Shown here: positions 41,193 to 50,666 of the stretch, one piece after another
Numbering within the stretch: position 1 is the first letter of the stretch
Layout of the letters: every line of letters starts with the position of its first letter
Origin: an uncultured Gemmataceae bacterium
Lineage (GTDB): Bacteria; Planctomycetota; Planctomycetia; Gemmatales; Gemmataceae
Reading direction: 5' to 3'
NCBI GenBank assembly: GCA_963750165.1
Contig: CAVVPN010000003.1
Location: 2,240,001 to 2,304,000 of the forward strand
Length of the DNA: 64,000 nucleotides
The notes under the pieces: generated by a model
What the model was told of the DNA's origin: nothing
The model's database searches: none
Seen by the model: only the letters and a program-made list of their open reading frames with translations
Translations under genes and position numbers: made by a program

Positions 41193-41681
41193 CTATCGGG
41201 ACTTGCGAGCGGGGCGGTTCTCGAAGCCGCGCGGCATCTTGATGCCCGGCGGCGGCGCCACCAGCGGCGCCGGGTCGTTCTTCAGCTGCGTCTCCAGATC
41301 GTGGTTGATGCGGTCGGCGCGGTCGCGCAGCAAATGTACCTCGCCGAGGCGCTTTTCGCTGATGCCGTCCAGCGGGATGCGGGCAAGGTTGTCGGAGACG
41401 CCCTCCTGCCAGACGCGGTCGAGGTAGCCCGCCAACCGTTCGGCCAGCACCCGATCCTTGCCCTTCGACGCGTGCGCCAGCGCCCTGGCGAACTGGTCAG
41501 CCACATCGGTGCAGCAGTGGGCGCGCTGCAGCGGGTCGGCCTCGTCGGCCACCTTCAGGCTGTTGCCGACCAGGCTGTCCAGCAGCGGCAGCGTCGGCGA
41601 TGGCGCAGCCCGCGGTGGGTCCGCCAGGGCGCCGGCGACCACCACCACGCTCAGAACCATCCCCACCAGCACCGTTCTCAC
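41193..41681 (-). CDS. Exported helical protein resembling the anti-sigma C-terminal domain
   Basis: GTGA overlap with the upstream gene; signal peptide ending ALA. Confidence 0.7.
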   Translation of the reverse strand: MRTVLVGMVLSVVVVAGALADPPRAAPSPTLPLLDSLVGNSLKVADEADPLQRAHCCTDVADQFARALAHASKGKDRVLAERLAGYLDRVWQEGVSDNLARIPLDGISEKRLGEVHLLRDRADRINHDLETQLKNDPAPLVAPPPGIKMPRGFENRPARKSR

Positions 41682-42457
41682 AACGCCTCCTCCGCCACCA
41701 GGGCACTCAGTCGGGCACGTAAATCACGTGTGGTCGCCGCCAGCGTGCGCAGCGACGCCGCCACGTCCGCCGGGGCCGTCGCCACCAGTTGCTCGGCGGC
41801 CACCTCGCCCTGGCGTAGTTGTCGCAGCCGGGGCACGATCAGCCGTTTCTGGTCCGCCAGCGGCAGTTTCGCGGCCCGGTCCACCAGCCGGCCCTCGCGC
41901 ACCACCCGCTGATACAATTTCGTCACCGCCGCCAGCTCCGCCGACGCCGGCGCCTGTGCCAGTCGCAACGACTCGCCGCGCAGGTCGTCCGCCAGGCCCA
42001 TCAATACCTGGAAGCGCTCCGCCGGCTTCAGGCCCGTCGCCAGTTTCAGCTGCCGGTCAAGGATGCTGCCAACCACCGCCGCTTCCGCCGCCTCGTCCCG
42101 GACGGGCGTTTTGACCTCGGCCTGCTCCTCCGGCGTCGGTTCCAGGTTGCGCAGCAGCGCGAAACCGCCGACGGCCAGCAGCAGCACGGCGGCCACGGCC
42201 CCCGCCTGCCAGCGGAAGCGGACCCAAAAGGCCGGCCGCGGCCCGGGCGCGTGCTCCAGGCTGCGGAGCAGGCGGACGCGGGCGCCGGAGCGGGCCGGCG
42301 GTGCCGGCAGATCGCGTGCCGTGTCGTTCAGCTGCTGCAACCGCTGCTGATAGCGCTGGCAGCGCGGGCACACCTCCAGGTGCGAGCGGACCTCGCGCGG
42401 CGGCGCCGCCTGCAGATCGGCGGCCAGCAACCAGAGATTGAGTTCCTTGCAGGTCAT
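41678..42457 (-). CDS. Zinc-binding (ZAS) membrane anti-sigma factor
   Basis: MTC..., HLEVCPRC (HxxxCxxC), TM AVAAVLLLAVGGFALL; ATGA overlap with the sigma gene. Confidence 0.82.
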   Translation of the reverse strand: MTCKELNLWLLAADLQAAPPREVRSHLEVCPRCQRYQQRLQQLNDTARDLPAPPARSGARVRLLRSLEHAPGPRPAFWVRFRWQAGAVAAVLLLAVGGFALLRNLEPTPEEQAEVKTPVRDEAAEAAVVGSILDRQLKLATGLKPAERFQVLMGLADDLRGESLRLAQAPASAELAAVTKLYQRVVREGRLVDRAAKLPLADQKRLIVPRLRQLRQGEVAAEQLVATAPADVAASLRTLAATTRDLRARLSALVAEEAL

Positions 42458-43008
42458 GGTTTCTCTTGGTCCAGGGCGTCGCCCAGCTGTTGCAGCAGCA
42501 GCCGGCGGGCCTTGAAGACGCGCCAGCGGGCGGTTTCCTCGGTCACTTTGAGGATCTGGGCGATTTCCGAAAACGCCAAATCTTGTTGTGTCCGGAGCAA
42601 AAACGGCGCCCGCAGTCGGGCGGGCAGCAGTTCCAGGGCGGCGCGGAGTTGCGTCTGCAATTCCTGGGTGACCAGCGTGGTCACCGGCTCCGGTTCACGG
42701 GTGGCGACGCTGTCCGGCAGCGGTTGGGGCCGGATGCCACGGCCGCCGCGCTGGCGGTCGAGCATGCCGTTGTGGGCGATGCGGAACAGCCAGGCGCGGA
42801 AGTGGGTGCCGGCCTGGAAGGTGGCGAGCTTGCCCCAGGCTTTGAGGAAGGCGTCCTGCGTCAGGTCCTCGGCGGCGTGGGCGTCGTGCGTCAGGCCGTA
42901 CAGCCAGCGGTACAGCCGCGCCCAGTAGGCGTTGACGAGCGTCGCGAAGGCGGCGCGGTCTCCCCGCTGGGCGCGGCGGACCAACGCGGCTTCGTCGGCG
43001 TGCGTCAT
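42454..43008 (-). CDS. ECF RNA polymerase sigma factor
   Basis: AQRGDRAAFATLV, AEDLTQDAFLKAW, FRAWLFRIAHN, FSEIAQIL, RWRVFKARR. Confidence 0.93.
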   Translation of the reverse strand: MTHADEAALVRRAQRGDRAAFATLVNAYWARLYRWLYGLTHDAHAAEDLTQDAFLKAWGKLATFQAGTHFRAWLFRIAHNGMLDRQRGGRGIRPQPLPDSVATREPEPVTTLVTQELQTQLRAALELLPARLRAPFLLRTQQDLAFSEIAQILKVTEETARWRVFKARRLLLQQLGDALDQEKP

Positions 43009-43037
43009 CGTTTCCCTCGAACCCGGCCGTATAAAAC

Positions 43038-43062
43038 AACGCGGGCCGGGCGCGTTCGTTGG
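43038..43062 (-). promoter_or_regulatory. Candidate autoregulatory ECF promoter CCAACGA-N13-GCGTT
   Basis: About 30 nt upstream of the sigma ATG; matches 16017-16041. Confidence 0.55.
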
Positions 43063-43149
43063 CGCGAAAAAGCGCGACCCACACTTGCAGTTTCGCACAG
43101 GATGGGCAAGACGGCCAGCAATTTTCGGAGTTACAGGGACCGCAACGGC

Positions 43150-43171
43150 GTTCACCAGAAATTCACACACT
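43150..43171 (+). promoter_or_regulatory. Candidate PHO box (11-bp direct repeats)
   Basis: GTTCACCAGAA-ATTCACACACT about 80 nt upstream of the phosphoesterase. Confidence 0.5.
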
Positions 43172-43249
43172 TCCCTTTGGACGGCGGCCTCGGACGCCGT
43201 TACGATGACGCGGCCCCGAACTCCGATTCGCTGCCAAGGAGAGTCCGCC

Positions 43250-44179
43250 ATGAAACGTCTGCTGCTCGCCGCGATGACGGTCGGCCTGCTCGCCGCCGCG
43301 GTGGCCCTGTCGCGCAACGCCGCCCCCGGCACCAGGGACGCCGACCCCGTTCCCTTCAAGATCCAGGTCGAAAAGCAAAACCCCTGGAACCACCTCAAGG
43401 CCAACAACGCCAGCGGCACCTTCCGCTTCGCCATCGTCTCCGACCGCACCGGCGGCCCGCGCCCCGGCGTCTTCGAGCGCGCCGTCGAGCAGCTCAACTG
43501 GCTGCAACCGGAGTTCGTCGTTTCCGTCGGCGACCTCATCCAGGGCGCGAAGAACCTCGAGAAGATCGATGACCAGTGGAAGGAGTTCAACGGCTTCATC
43601 GCCAAGTTGGAGATGCCGTTCTTCTACGTGCCGGGCAACCACGACTATGCCAACAAGATTCTGGCGAAGCGCTGGAACGAGCAGTTCGGCCGCAACTACT
43701 ACCACTTCGTCTACAAGGACGTGCTGTTCCTGCTGCTCAACACCGAGGATGTACCGGCCAGGGGGCCGGGCAAGTTCGGCGCCGAGCAGATCACTTACGT
43801 CAAGAAGGCGCTGCAGGACAACCGCGCCGTGCGCTGGACGATGGTTTTCCTGCACAAGCCGGTCTGGACGTACAAGGAAAAGGAAATCAACGACAGCGGC
43901 TGGCTGGAAATCGAGGGGGCGCTGGCCGGCCGCAAGTACACGGTGTTCGCCGGCCACAAGCACCGTTACGAGGCCTTTCAGCGGCAGGGTCGCGCCTATT
44001 ACATGCTGGCGACCACCGGCGGCAGCAGCAAACTGCGCGGCCCAGAAGAGGGCGAGTTCGATCACATTGTCTGGGTGACCATGAAGAAGGACGGCCCGGT
44101 GCTGGCCAACCTGATGATGTCCGGGATTTACCCACGCGACGTGAAGATGCAAAAAGCCGCCGAGGAGAAGGAAGACTGA
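43250..44179 (+). CDS. Secreted calcineurin-like metallophosphoesterase
   Basis: RBS AAGGAG; signal peptide; FAIVSD, GDLI, PGNHD, FLHKP, AGHKH. Confidence 0.9.
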   Translation: MKRLLLAAMTVGLLAAAVALSRNAAPGTRDADPVPFKIQVEKQNPWNHLKANNASGTFRFAIVSDRTGGPRPGVFERAVEQLNWLQPEFVVSVGDLIQGAKNLEKIDDQWKEFNGFIAKLEMPFFYVPGNHDYANKILAKRWNEQFGRNYYHFVYKDVLFLLLNTEDVPARGPGKFGAEQITYVKKALQDNRAVRWTMVFLHKPVWTYKEKEINDSGWLEIEGALAGRKYTVFAGHKHRYEAFQRQGRAYYMLATTGGSSKLRGPEEGEFDHIVWVTMKKDGPVLANLMMSGIYPRDVKMQKAAEEKED

Positions 44180-44248
44180 TCCACAAATGACACAGATAAA
44201 GACAAATTAAGATGTCTTTAGCTGCGTTATCTGTGTCATCTGTGGATC
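44178..44248. repeat. AT-rich palindromic element, same family as 17792-17866
   Basis: GATCCACAAATGACACAGATAAAGACA...TTATCTGTGTCATCTGTGGATC. Confidence 0.85.
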
Positions 44249-44254
44249 GGGTTT

Positions 44255-44952
44255 TTATGTCTCCTCGCGGTGCTCGCGGAAGCGGTAGCCGACGCCGCGC
44301 ACCGTCTCGATGTACTCCGACTCGCCGCCCAGCTTCTTGCGCAGCGTTTTGATATGCACGTCGATGGTGCGCTCCAGGACGATCTGCCCCTCGCCGATGG
44401 CCATGTCCATCAGCTGCGCCGCGTGAACGCCCGGCCCGGCTGCCGCAGCAGACACTCCAGCAACCGAAACTCCGTCGGCGTCAGTTCCAGCTTGCCTTCG
44501 TTGACCGTGGCCAGGTGCCGCACGCGGTCGATGCGCACGCCCAGGTGCTCGACCACGTCGCCCGGCTCGGCGTTGGCCTCGATGCGCCGCAGCAGGGCCT
44601 TGATGCGCTGCATCAGCACCTTGATGCCGAACGGCTTGGTCACGTAGTCGTCGGCGCCCATCGTGAAGCCGACCACCTGGTCGGTCTCCTCCGCCTTGGC
44701 GGTCAGCATCAGGATCGGCACGTGCCGGGTGCGCTCGCCGCCGCGCAGCTCGCGACACACCTCCAGGCCGTCCATGGTCGGCAGCATCAGGTCCAGGATG
44801 ATGAGGTCGGGCAGTTGCATTTGTGCTTTGCGTAACCCCTCCTGACCGTCGTGGGCAATGATGGTGTCATAGCCCTCGCGTTGGAGGTTGTACTGCAGCA
44901 CGTCGGTCAGGCCACGCTCGTCTTCGATAATCAGGATTCGTGGTCGGGCCAT
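44255..44952 (-). CDS. phoB: Phosphate regulon response regulator (OmpR family); frameshift at about 44419
   Basis: [42 protein letters not shown]; then [15 protein letters not shown] and [11 protein letters not shown] in the next frame. Confidence 0.9.
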
Positions 44953-45020
44953 CGCAGTTCGTACTCCCAAAGCAGCAGCGCTCGACATAGACTCCTCGTT
45001 CCAGGGCAATCGAGTTGGGG

Positions 45021-45698
45021 TCAGTCCCCCTCCACATTCACCTTCGCGGGGCGGTGGCGGACGATCTCGCCCTCCACCAGGTACACCACGTCCTCGGCGA
45101 TGTTGGTGGCGTGGTCGGCGATCCGCTCCAGGTGGCGCGTCGCGGAAAACATCGACAGGCCGGGTGCCACCATGTCCGGCGACTCCTGCATGACGCGGAT
45201 CAACTCCTCCACCATTTCGCAGTTGTAGCGGTCCACCTCGTCGTCCAGGCGGCAGACCAGCCGGGCCAGCCGCGAGTCCAGGTTGACGAAAGCGTCCAGG
45301 CTTTGCCGCACCATCGACGTGGTCAGGTCGGTCATGCGCTGCAGCTTTTCCGGGATCGGCACCGGTGGCAGCGCCGCCAGGCTGACGGCACGCTCGGCAA
45401 TCTCCTCGGCCAGGTCGGCGATCCGCTCCAGTTCGGAGTTGATCTTGATGACCGCGGCGGTGCGGCGCAGGTCGCTGGCCACCGGCTGGTGCAGCGCCAG
45501 AATCTTCAGACACGCCTCCTCAATATGGTTCTCTTCCTCGTCAATTTCGCTGTCCCCGGCGATGACCTCCTTCGCCAGGGCGGCATCGCGGCACTGCAGC
45601 GCCCGCGTCGCCTTGTGGATCGCGTCCTCGACGGACGCCGCCATGATCAGGATGTCGTGCTGCAACCGCTCCAGGTCGCGTTCCAGATGTTTGGACAT
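45021..45698 (-). CDS. phoU: Phosphate signalling protein PhoU
   Basis: QPVASDLR, LERIADLA, DDEVD, RHLERIADHATNIAE. Confidence 0.95.
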   Translation of the reverse strand: MSKHLERDLERLQHDILIMAASVEDAIHKATRALQCRDAALAKEVIAGDSEIDEEENHIEEACLKILALHQPVASDLRRTAAVIKINSELERIADLAEEIAERAVSLAALPPVPIPEKLQRMTDLTTSMVRQSLDAFVNLDSRLARLVCRLDDEVDRYNCEMVEELIRVMQESPDMVAPGLSMFSATRHLERIADHATNIAEDVVYLVEGEIVRHRPAKVNVEGD

Positions 45699-45748
45699 CT
45701 TGCTTGCTCGGGTTCGGGGTTGTGAAAGTCGTCTGCCGAACCCTCAGA

Positions 45749-46579
45749 TTACCCGAACCGTCCCGTGATGTAATCCTCGGTTTGCTTGACCTTCGGCCGC
45801 GTGTACACCTCGTCGGTCGGCCCGGCCTCGATCAACCGGCCCTGGAAGAAAAACGCGGTGACGTCCGAGACCCGCGCCGCCTGCTGCATGTTGTGCGTGA
45901 CGATCACAATCGTGTAGTTGCGCCGCAGCTCGAACACCAGATCCTCGATGCGCGCCGTTGAGGCCGGGTCGAGCGCCGACGCGGGTTCGTCCATCAGGAG
46001 CACTTCCGGGTCGGTCGCCAGCGCCCGCGCGATGCACAGCCGCTGCTGCTGGCCGCCCGACAGCCCCAGCGCCAGGTCGTTCAACCGATCCTTGACCTCT
46101 TCCCACAGCGCCGCCTGCTTCAGACAGCGCTCGGCAATCTCGTTCAGCAGTGCCCGGTTGCGCAGCCCCGCGACCCGCGGGCCGAACACCACGTTCTCAT
46201 AAATGGACTTGGGGAAGGGGTTCGACTTCTGAAAGACCATGCCCACACGACGACGCAGGTTCACCAGGTCCACGCCGCGCCGGTAAACGTCCTCGCCCTC
46301 CAGCAGCACCTCGCCGACGTGCCGGGTGCCCTCGATCAGGTCGTTCATGCGGTTCAGGCAGCGCAGCAGCGTCGATTTGCCGCAGCCCGACGGCCCGATG
46401 AACGCCACCACCGCCCGCTCCGGAATGGTCAGCCCCACGTCGAACAGCGACTGCTGGCCGCCGTACCAGAACGACAGGCCGCGCACCTCGAACTTGGGCG
46501 GCGCCCCCTTCAGGTCGGGTAACTCGCGGCCGGTCGAGTTGCGCTCCGACAGGATCGCTGAATACGACAGCGTGGACAC
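45749..46579 (-). CDS. pstB: Phosphate ABC transporter ATPase
   Basis: [50 protein letters not shown]. Confidence 0.96.
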   Translation of the reverse strand: MSTLSYSAILSERNSTGRELPDLKGAPPKFEVRGLSFWYGGQQSLFDVGLTIPERAVVAFIGPSGCGKSTLLRCLNRMNDLIEGTRHVGEVLLEGEDVYRRGVDLVNLRRRVGMVFQKSNPFPKSIYENVVFGPRVAGLRNRALLNEIAERCLKQAALWEEVKDRLNDLALGLSGGQQQRLCIARALATDPEVLLMDEPASALDPASTARIEDLVFELRRNYTIVIVTHNMQQAARVSDVTAFFFQGRLIEAGPTDEVYTRPKVKQTEDYITGRFG

Positions 46580-46633
46580 TTGTCACCTCGGCCGGCAGCG
46601 CGGCGCAAAAAATCCAATGTGTAGATAATCTTA

Positions 46634-46670
46634 GTTTATGGGGCGATTGTGTGGCTTGTATGAAGAACGG
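46634..46670 (-). promoter_or_regulatory. Candidate PHO box upstream of pstB
   Basis: CCGTTCTTCAT-N19-CATAAAC, identical layout to the pstS upstream site. Confidence 0.65.
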
Positions 46671-46678
46671 GCAAAGGA

Positions 46679-48076
46679 TCAGGTCGGTGGCCGCGTCGGC
46701 AGCCGCACGATGAAGTGCGTGCCCTTGCCCAGCTGGCTGCTGGCCCGCACGGTCCCCTGCAGCGCCTGCACCAGATGCTTGACAATCGACAGCCCCAGAC
46801 CGGTGCCGCCCAGCTCGCGCGAGCGGGCCTTGTCCACGCGGTAGAAGCGCTCGAAGATACGCGGCAAATCGTGAGCGGCGATGCCGATGCCGTTGTCCTG
46901 TACCTCCAGGCACGCCTGACCGTCCTCGCGCCACCAGCGCACGCGGATGTGGCCGCCGGCCGGCGTGTACTTGACGGCGTTATCCACCAGGTTGTCGAGG
47001 ATTTCGCCGACGGCCTCCTCGTCGGCCCAGGTGAGCACGTGCTCGGCCGGCTCCGGCGACACCGCCTCCAGCTGCTGCCGCTTGGCCTCGGCCCGGGCGT
47101 GGTGCCGTTCCAGACAGCCAATCACCGCCTGATCGACGCGCACCTGCTGGAACACGAACGCCTCCGCTCCCGACTCGATCCGTGCCAGGCTGAGCATGTC
47201 CAGAATCAGCGCGTACAGCCGGTCGGCCTGCTCGGCGATGCGCTCCAGGAACGGGCCGCGGAACTGCGAGTCGTCGATGGCGCCGTCGAGCAGCGTCTCG
47301 GCGCAGACCTTGATGACCGACAGCGGCGTCTTGAGTTCGTGCGAGACGTTGGCGACGAAGTCCTGCCGCAGCCGCTCCAGGCGGCGCAGCTCGGTGGTGT
47401 CGTGGAAGACCAGCACGGCGCCGCGCGGCGGCACATTGGACAGCGGGCCGACGTGGACCGTCAGGCTCTTGGTGACGGGGCCGTTCCAGTTCAGCTCCTG
47501 ACGGTGCGACTTCGACTCGGCCAGAGCGGTCTCCACCACTTCCTGCAACTGGCGGTGGCGCACGACCTCCCAGAGTTTGCGGCCGACAGCGCTGGCGGTG
47601 TGGAAGTCGAGCAGTTGACCGGCGCGCTCGTTGGCGAACAGGACGGCGAAGTCGCGGTCGATGGCGACGACGCCCTCGACCATGCTGCTGAGGACGGCAC
47701 GCAGCTGCTGGCGGTCCTCATCGACGCGGGCGAACTGCTCGCCCAGGCGTTCGCTCATGCGGTTGAAGGCGCTGGCCAGCTGGCCGATGGCGTCGCGGTC
47801 ATCGACGTAGACGCGGGTGGCGTAGTCGCCGGCGGCGACGTGTTCGATGGCCTGGGTCAGTTCGTTCAGCAGCAGCGTGCGCCGCCGGGCCAGTGCCCGC
47901 GAGCCCGTGACGGCGACGGTGAGCCCGACGGCCGTGGCGGCCAGCACCGCCCAGGCCAGCGACCGGTCCAGCACCGCGCCCTGGGCCCCCAGCACCACGG
48001 TCAGCGCCAGCACCACGGTCAGCACCACGCCGCTGCCCAGGAGCAGCACCTGTCGGAAGATGTACAACGGCCACAT
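46679..48076 (-). CDS. phoR: Phosphate regulon sensor histidine kinase (HAMP, PAS, HisKA, HATPase)
   Basis: DFVANVSHELKTPL, NLVDNAVKYT, DNGIGI, FERFYRVDKARSRELGGTGLGL. Confidence 0.92.
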   Translation of the reverse strand: MWPLYIFRQVLLLGSGVVLTVVLALTVVLGAQGAVLDRSLAWAVLAATAVGLTVAVTGSRALARRRTLLLNELTQAIEHVAAGDYATRVYVDDRDAIGQLASAFNRMSERLGEQFARVDEDRQQLRAVLSSMVEGVVAIDRDFAVLFANERAGQLLDFHTASAVGRKLWEVVRHRQLQEVVETALAESKSHRQELNWNGPVTKSLTVHVGPLSNVPPRGAVLVFHDTTELRRLERLRQDFVANVSHELKTPLSVIKVCAETLLDGAIDDSQFRGPFLERIAEQADRLYALILDMLSLARIESGAEAFVFQQVRVDQAVIGCLERHHARAEAKRQQLEAVSPEPAEHVLTWADEEAVGEILDNLVDNAVKYTPAGGHIRVRWWREDGQACLEVQDNGIGIAAHDLPRIFERFYRVDKARSRELGGTGLGLSIVKHLVQALQGTVRASSQLGKGTHFIVRLPTRPPT

Positions 48077-48101
48077 GAGTGCGTTACCCGTTCGCCTCTG
48101 G

Positions 48102-48133
48102 CTTCCCTCGCCCCCTGAAGGGGGCGAGGGAAG
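48102..48133. repeat. Intergenic hairpin between pstA and phoR
   Basis: CTTCCCTCGCCCCCT-GA-AGGGGGCGAGGGAAG. Confidence 0.75.
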
Positions 48134-48142
48134 GAAAAACTG

Positions 48143-49597
48143 TTACCACTTCGTCTTGAGTTGCGCCCGGCTGCGCAGCACGATCGCCACCGCGTTCAGC
48201 GCCAGCAGCACGGCCAGCAGCAGCAGGCTGGCCATGGCCGCGTTGTAGCGCCAGATCTCGACCCGCTCGCCGCCGACCATCTCCGCCGGCAGGTCCGCCC
48301 AGCCGAAAATCTGCATCGGCAGGATGGTGAAGCGGCTGAACAATCCCGGATCCTCGTTGACGAACAGCAGCGCCCCGAACAGCACCAGCGGCGCCGCCTC
48401 GCCGACCGCCCGCGACAGCGACAGGATCGTGCCCGTCAGGATGCCCGGCCGGGCCAGCGGCAGCACCTGCGTCCAGATCACCTGCCAGCGCGTCGCCCCC
48501 AGCGCGTAGGCGCCCTGCCGGATCGAGACCGGCACCGCCCGGATCGCCTCCTGGGCCGAAACGATGATGACTGGCAGCGTCAGCAGACCGAGCGTCAGAC
48601 CGCCGCCGAGCACGTTACGGGCCGCGATGTCGGCGCCGGCCGCCTCGATCGGCTTGAAGATCAGTTCCACGAACACGAACGCTCCCAGGATGCCGTACAC
48701 CACCGACGGCACGCCCGCCAGGTTGTTGATGTTCACCTGGATCAGGCTGTTCAGCCGGCCCTGCTGCCGATATTCCTCCAGATACAGCGCCGCCGCCACG
48801 CCGACCGGCACCGCGAACAGCACCGTGATGAGCGCCACCATCAAACTGCCCAGCAGCGCCGGCCAGACGCCGGAGTCCTGCGGCCGGTCGCTCGGCCCGT
48901 GCGTCAGGAAGTACCACAGCAATCCCTGCGGCGACGTGTCCGCCCGGTAGTTGCGCTCGTATTCGATCAGCTTTTCCCTGGCCGTGCGCTCGACGTTCTC
49001 GCGCTGCCGCGGCCCGATCTTCTGCTGGTACAGCTGGACGATGGCCGCCTTCTTCGCCTCGCGCTGGCCGGAGTCCAGTTTCATCCCGTCCACCGCCGCC
49101 AGTTCCTTGCGCATCTCCGCGTCCACCTGCGCCTGCCGCTTGCGGATGGTTTCCTGCAGCCCCGCACCTTCGCTCTCCGCGGCCCCCTGCTTCAGGCGGG
49201 CGTTGTACCGCTCAACCAACTCCGGCATGTGCTCGAACCAGGCTTTGGCCTCGGACAGCAGTTGCACGAAGAACACGACCAGCACCGCCAGGCCGAAGAA
49301 CGTGGCCGCGAAGCCGACCCAGGCGAACGCACGGTCTGCCAGCGGCCGCGAATACCGCAGCACCCGGGCCACAACCAGAACGGCGAACAACAGGGCGGTC
49401 CAGCCCACCGTGCCGCCCACGAGGCCGATGAAGCTGACCGGCGTATCCGGGCCGGGCAGGAACAGCAGCAGCAGGAAGATCACCGGGGCGGCGCGCCAGG
49501 TGATCGGCCAGGCCCGTTGCACGGACGCCCGGAACAGCGCCCCGAGCGGCTGGTCGGTGCTGCGGCTGGCCTCGGCGATGGTGGTTGGTTCGTTCAT
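48143..49597 (-). CDS. pstA: Phosphate ABC transporter permease PstA with long N-terminal extension
   Basis: ALYLEEY, NLAGVPSVVYGILG, EAIRAVP, AYALGATRWQ, RAVGEAAPL; ATGA overlap with pstC. Confidence 0.92.
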   Translation of the reverse strand: MNEPTTIAEASRSTDQPLGALFRASVQRAWPITWRAAPVIFLLLLFLPGPDTPVSFIGLVGGTVGWTALLFAVLVVARVLRYSRPLADRAFAWVGFAATFFGLAVLVVFFVQLLSEAKAWFEHMPELVERYNARLKQGAAESEGAGLQETIRKRQAQVDAEMRKELAAVDGMKLDSGQREAKKAAIVQLYQQKIGPRQRENVERTAREKLIEYERNYRADTSPQGLLWYFLTHGPSDRPQDSGVWPALLGSLMVALITVLFAVPVGVAAALYLEEYRQQGRLNSLIQVNINNLAGVPSVVYGILGAFVFVELIFKPIEAAGADIAARNVLGGGLTLGLLTLPVIIVSAQEAIRAVPVSIRQGAYALGATRWQVIWTQVLPLARPGILTGTILSLSRAVGEAAPLVLFGALLFVNEDPGLFSRFTILPMQIFGWADLPAEMVGGERVEIWRYNAAMASLLLLAVLLALNAVAIVLRSRAQLKTKW

Positions 49598-50571
49598 TGG
49601 TACACCTGGCGATAGCGGCGCAGCACGCGGCGGGCGACGACGTTCAGGCCCAGCGTCAGGAAGAACAGCACGGCGGCGACGGCGAACAGGCTGTTGAAGT
49701 CGGTGGTGCCGTGCGGCACGTCGCCCTTGGCCATGCGGACGATGAAGCTGGTCATGGTGGCGATGCCCTCGCGCGGGTCGAGCGTCAGTTTGGCGCGGTC
49801 GCCGCACGCCAGGCTGACGGCCATGGTTTCGCCGATGGCCCGCGAGATGGCCAGGATGAACGAGGCCACGACGCCCGACAGCGCCGCCGGCACGACCACG
49901 CGCCAGGACACCTCGAACTTGTTGGCCCCCAGGGCGTAGCCGCCGTCGCGGAGGGCGCGTGGCACCGAGCGCATGGCGTCCTCGCTGAGCGACGCGACCA
50001 TCGGAATAATCATGATGCCAACGACGATGCCGCCGCTGAGCTGGTTGTAGGGCACGCCGAGGCCGGGGATGAACAGGGCCAGGAACGGCGTCACGGCGGT
50101 GATGGCGAAGAAGCCGTAGACAACGGTGGGGATGCCGGCCAGCAGTTCCAGCGTCGGCTTGGCGATGGAGCGGACGCGCGGGTTGGCGTATTCGCTGAGG
50201 TACAGCGCCGTGGCCAGGCCGATGGGCAACGCGATGGCGGCGGCGATGACGGCGACGAGCAGGGTGCCGGCGAGCAGCGGCAGGATGCCGTACTCCGGTG
50301 GCAAAAAGCCCGCCGTCCATTTGTCGCCGCGGACGAAGTAGCGCAACCGCTGCAGGATTAGCTCGACGGCCATTGGCTTGTCGTTCTGCAGGGTGAAGAA
50401 CTCGACGGAGCCGTAAATCACCACCGCCGCGATGGCCACCGTGATGACGACCGCCAGCAGACCGCAGCACATCAGGAAGAACTCGACGAGCCGCTCCCAG
50501 TAGATCTGGGCGCCGGACATCGTGCGGCGGAGCAGCGCGCGAACTGGGGTCGGTTGGTGAGTAAGGGCCAC
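49594..50571 (-). CDS. pstC: Phosphate ABC transporter permease PstC
   Basis: YLSEYA, KPTLELLAGIPTVVYG, SRAIGETMAV. Confidence 0.95.
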   Translation of the reverse strand: MALTHQPTPVRALLRRTMSGAQIYWERLVEFFLMCCGLLAVVITVAIAAVVIYGSVEFFTLQNDKPMAVELILQRLRYFVRGDKWTAGFLPPEYGILPLLAGTLLVAVIAAAIALPIGLATALYLSEYANPRVRSIAKPTLELLAGIPTVVYGFFAITAVTPFLALFIPGLGVPYNQLSGGIVVGIMIIPMVASLSEDAMRSVPRALRDGGYALGANKFEVSWRVVVPAALSGVVASFILAISRAIGETMAVSLACGDRAKLTLDPREGIATMTSFIVRMAKGDVPHGTTDFNSLFAVAAVLFFLTLGLNVVARRVLRRYRQVYQ

Positions 50572-50587
50572 GAAAATCTCCTCAGGC

Positions 50588-50666
50588 AGTCATTAGTCAT
50601 TGGTCATTAGTCATTAGTGAACTGGAACTCAGATCACTAATGACTAATGACCAATGACTAATGACT
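50588..50666. repeat. Perfect 33-bp-arm palindrome made of (A/G)GTCATT heptamers; overlaps the pstS 3' end
   Basis: Arms 50588-50620 and 50634-50666; pstS TAG (50644-50646) lies inside an arm. Confidence 0.9.

Noticed and set aside
44410..45513. 367-aa ORF as an N-terminally extended PhoB; likewise 48143-50470 as a giant PstA and 42454-43605 as a long sigma factor
   Set aside because: The extensions are open alternate frames overlapping phoU, pstC and the phosphoesterase. Real starts are at 44952, 49597 and 43008.
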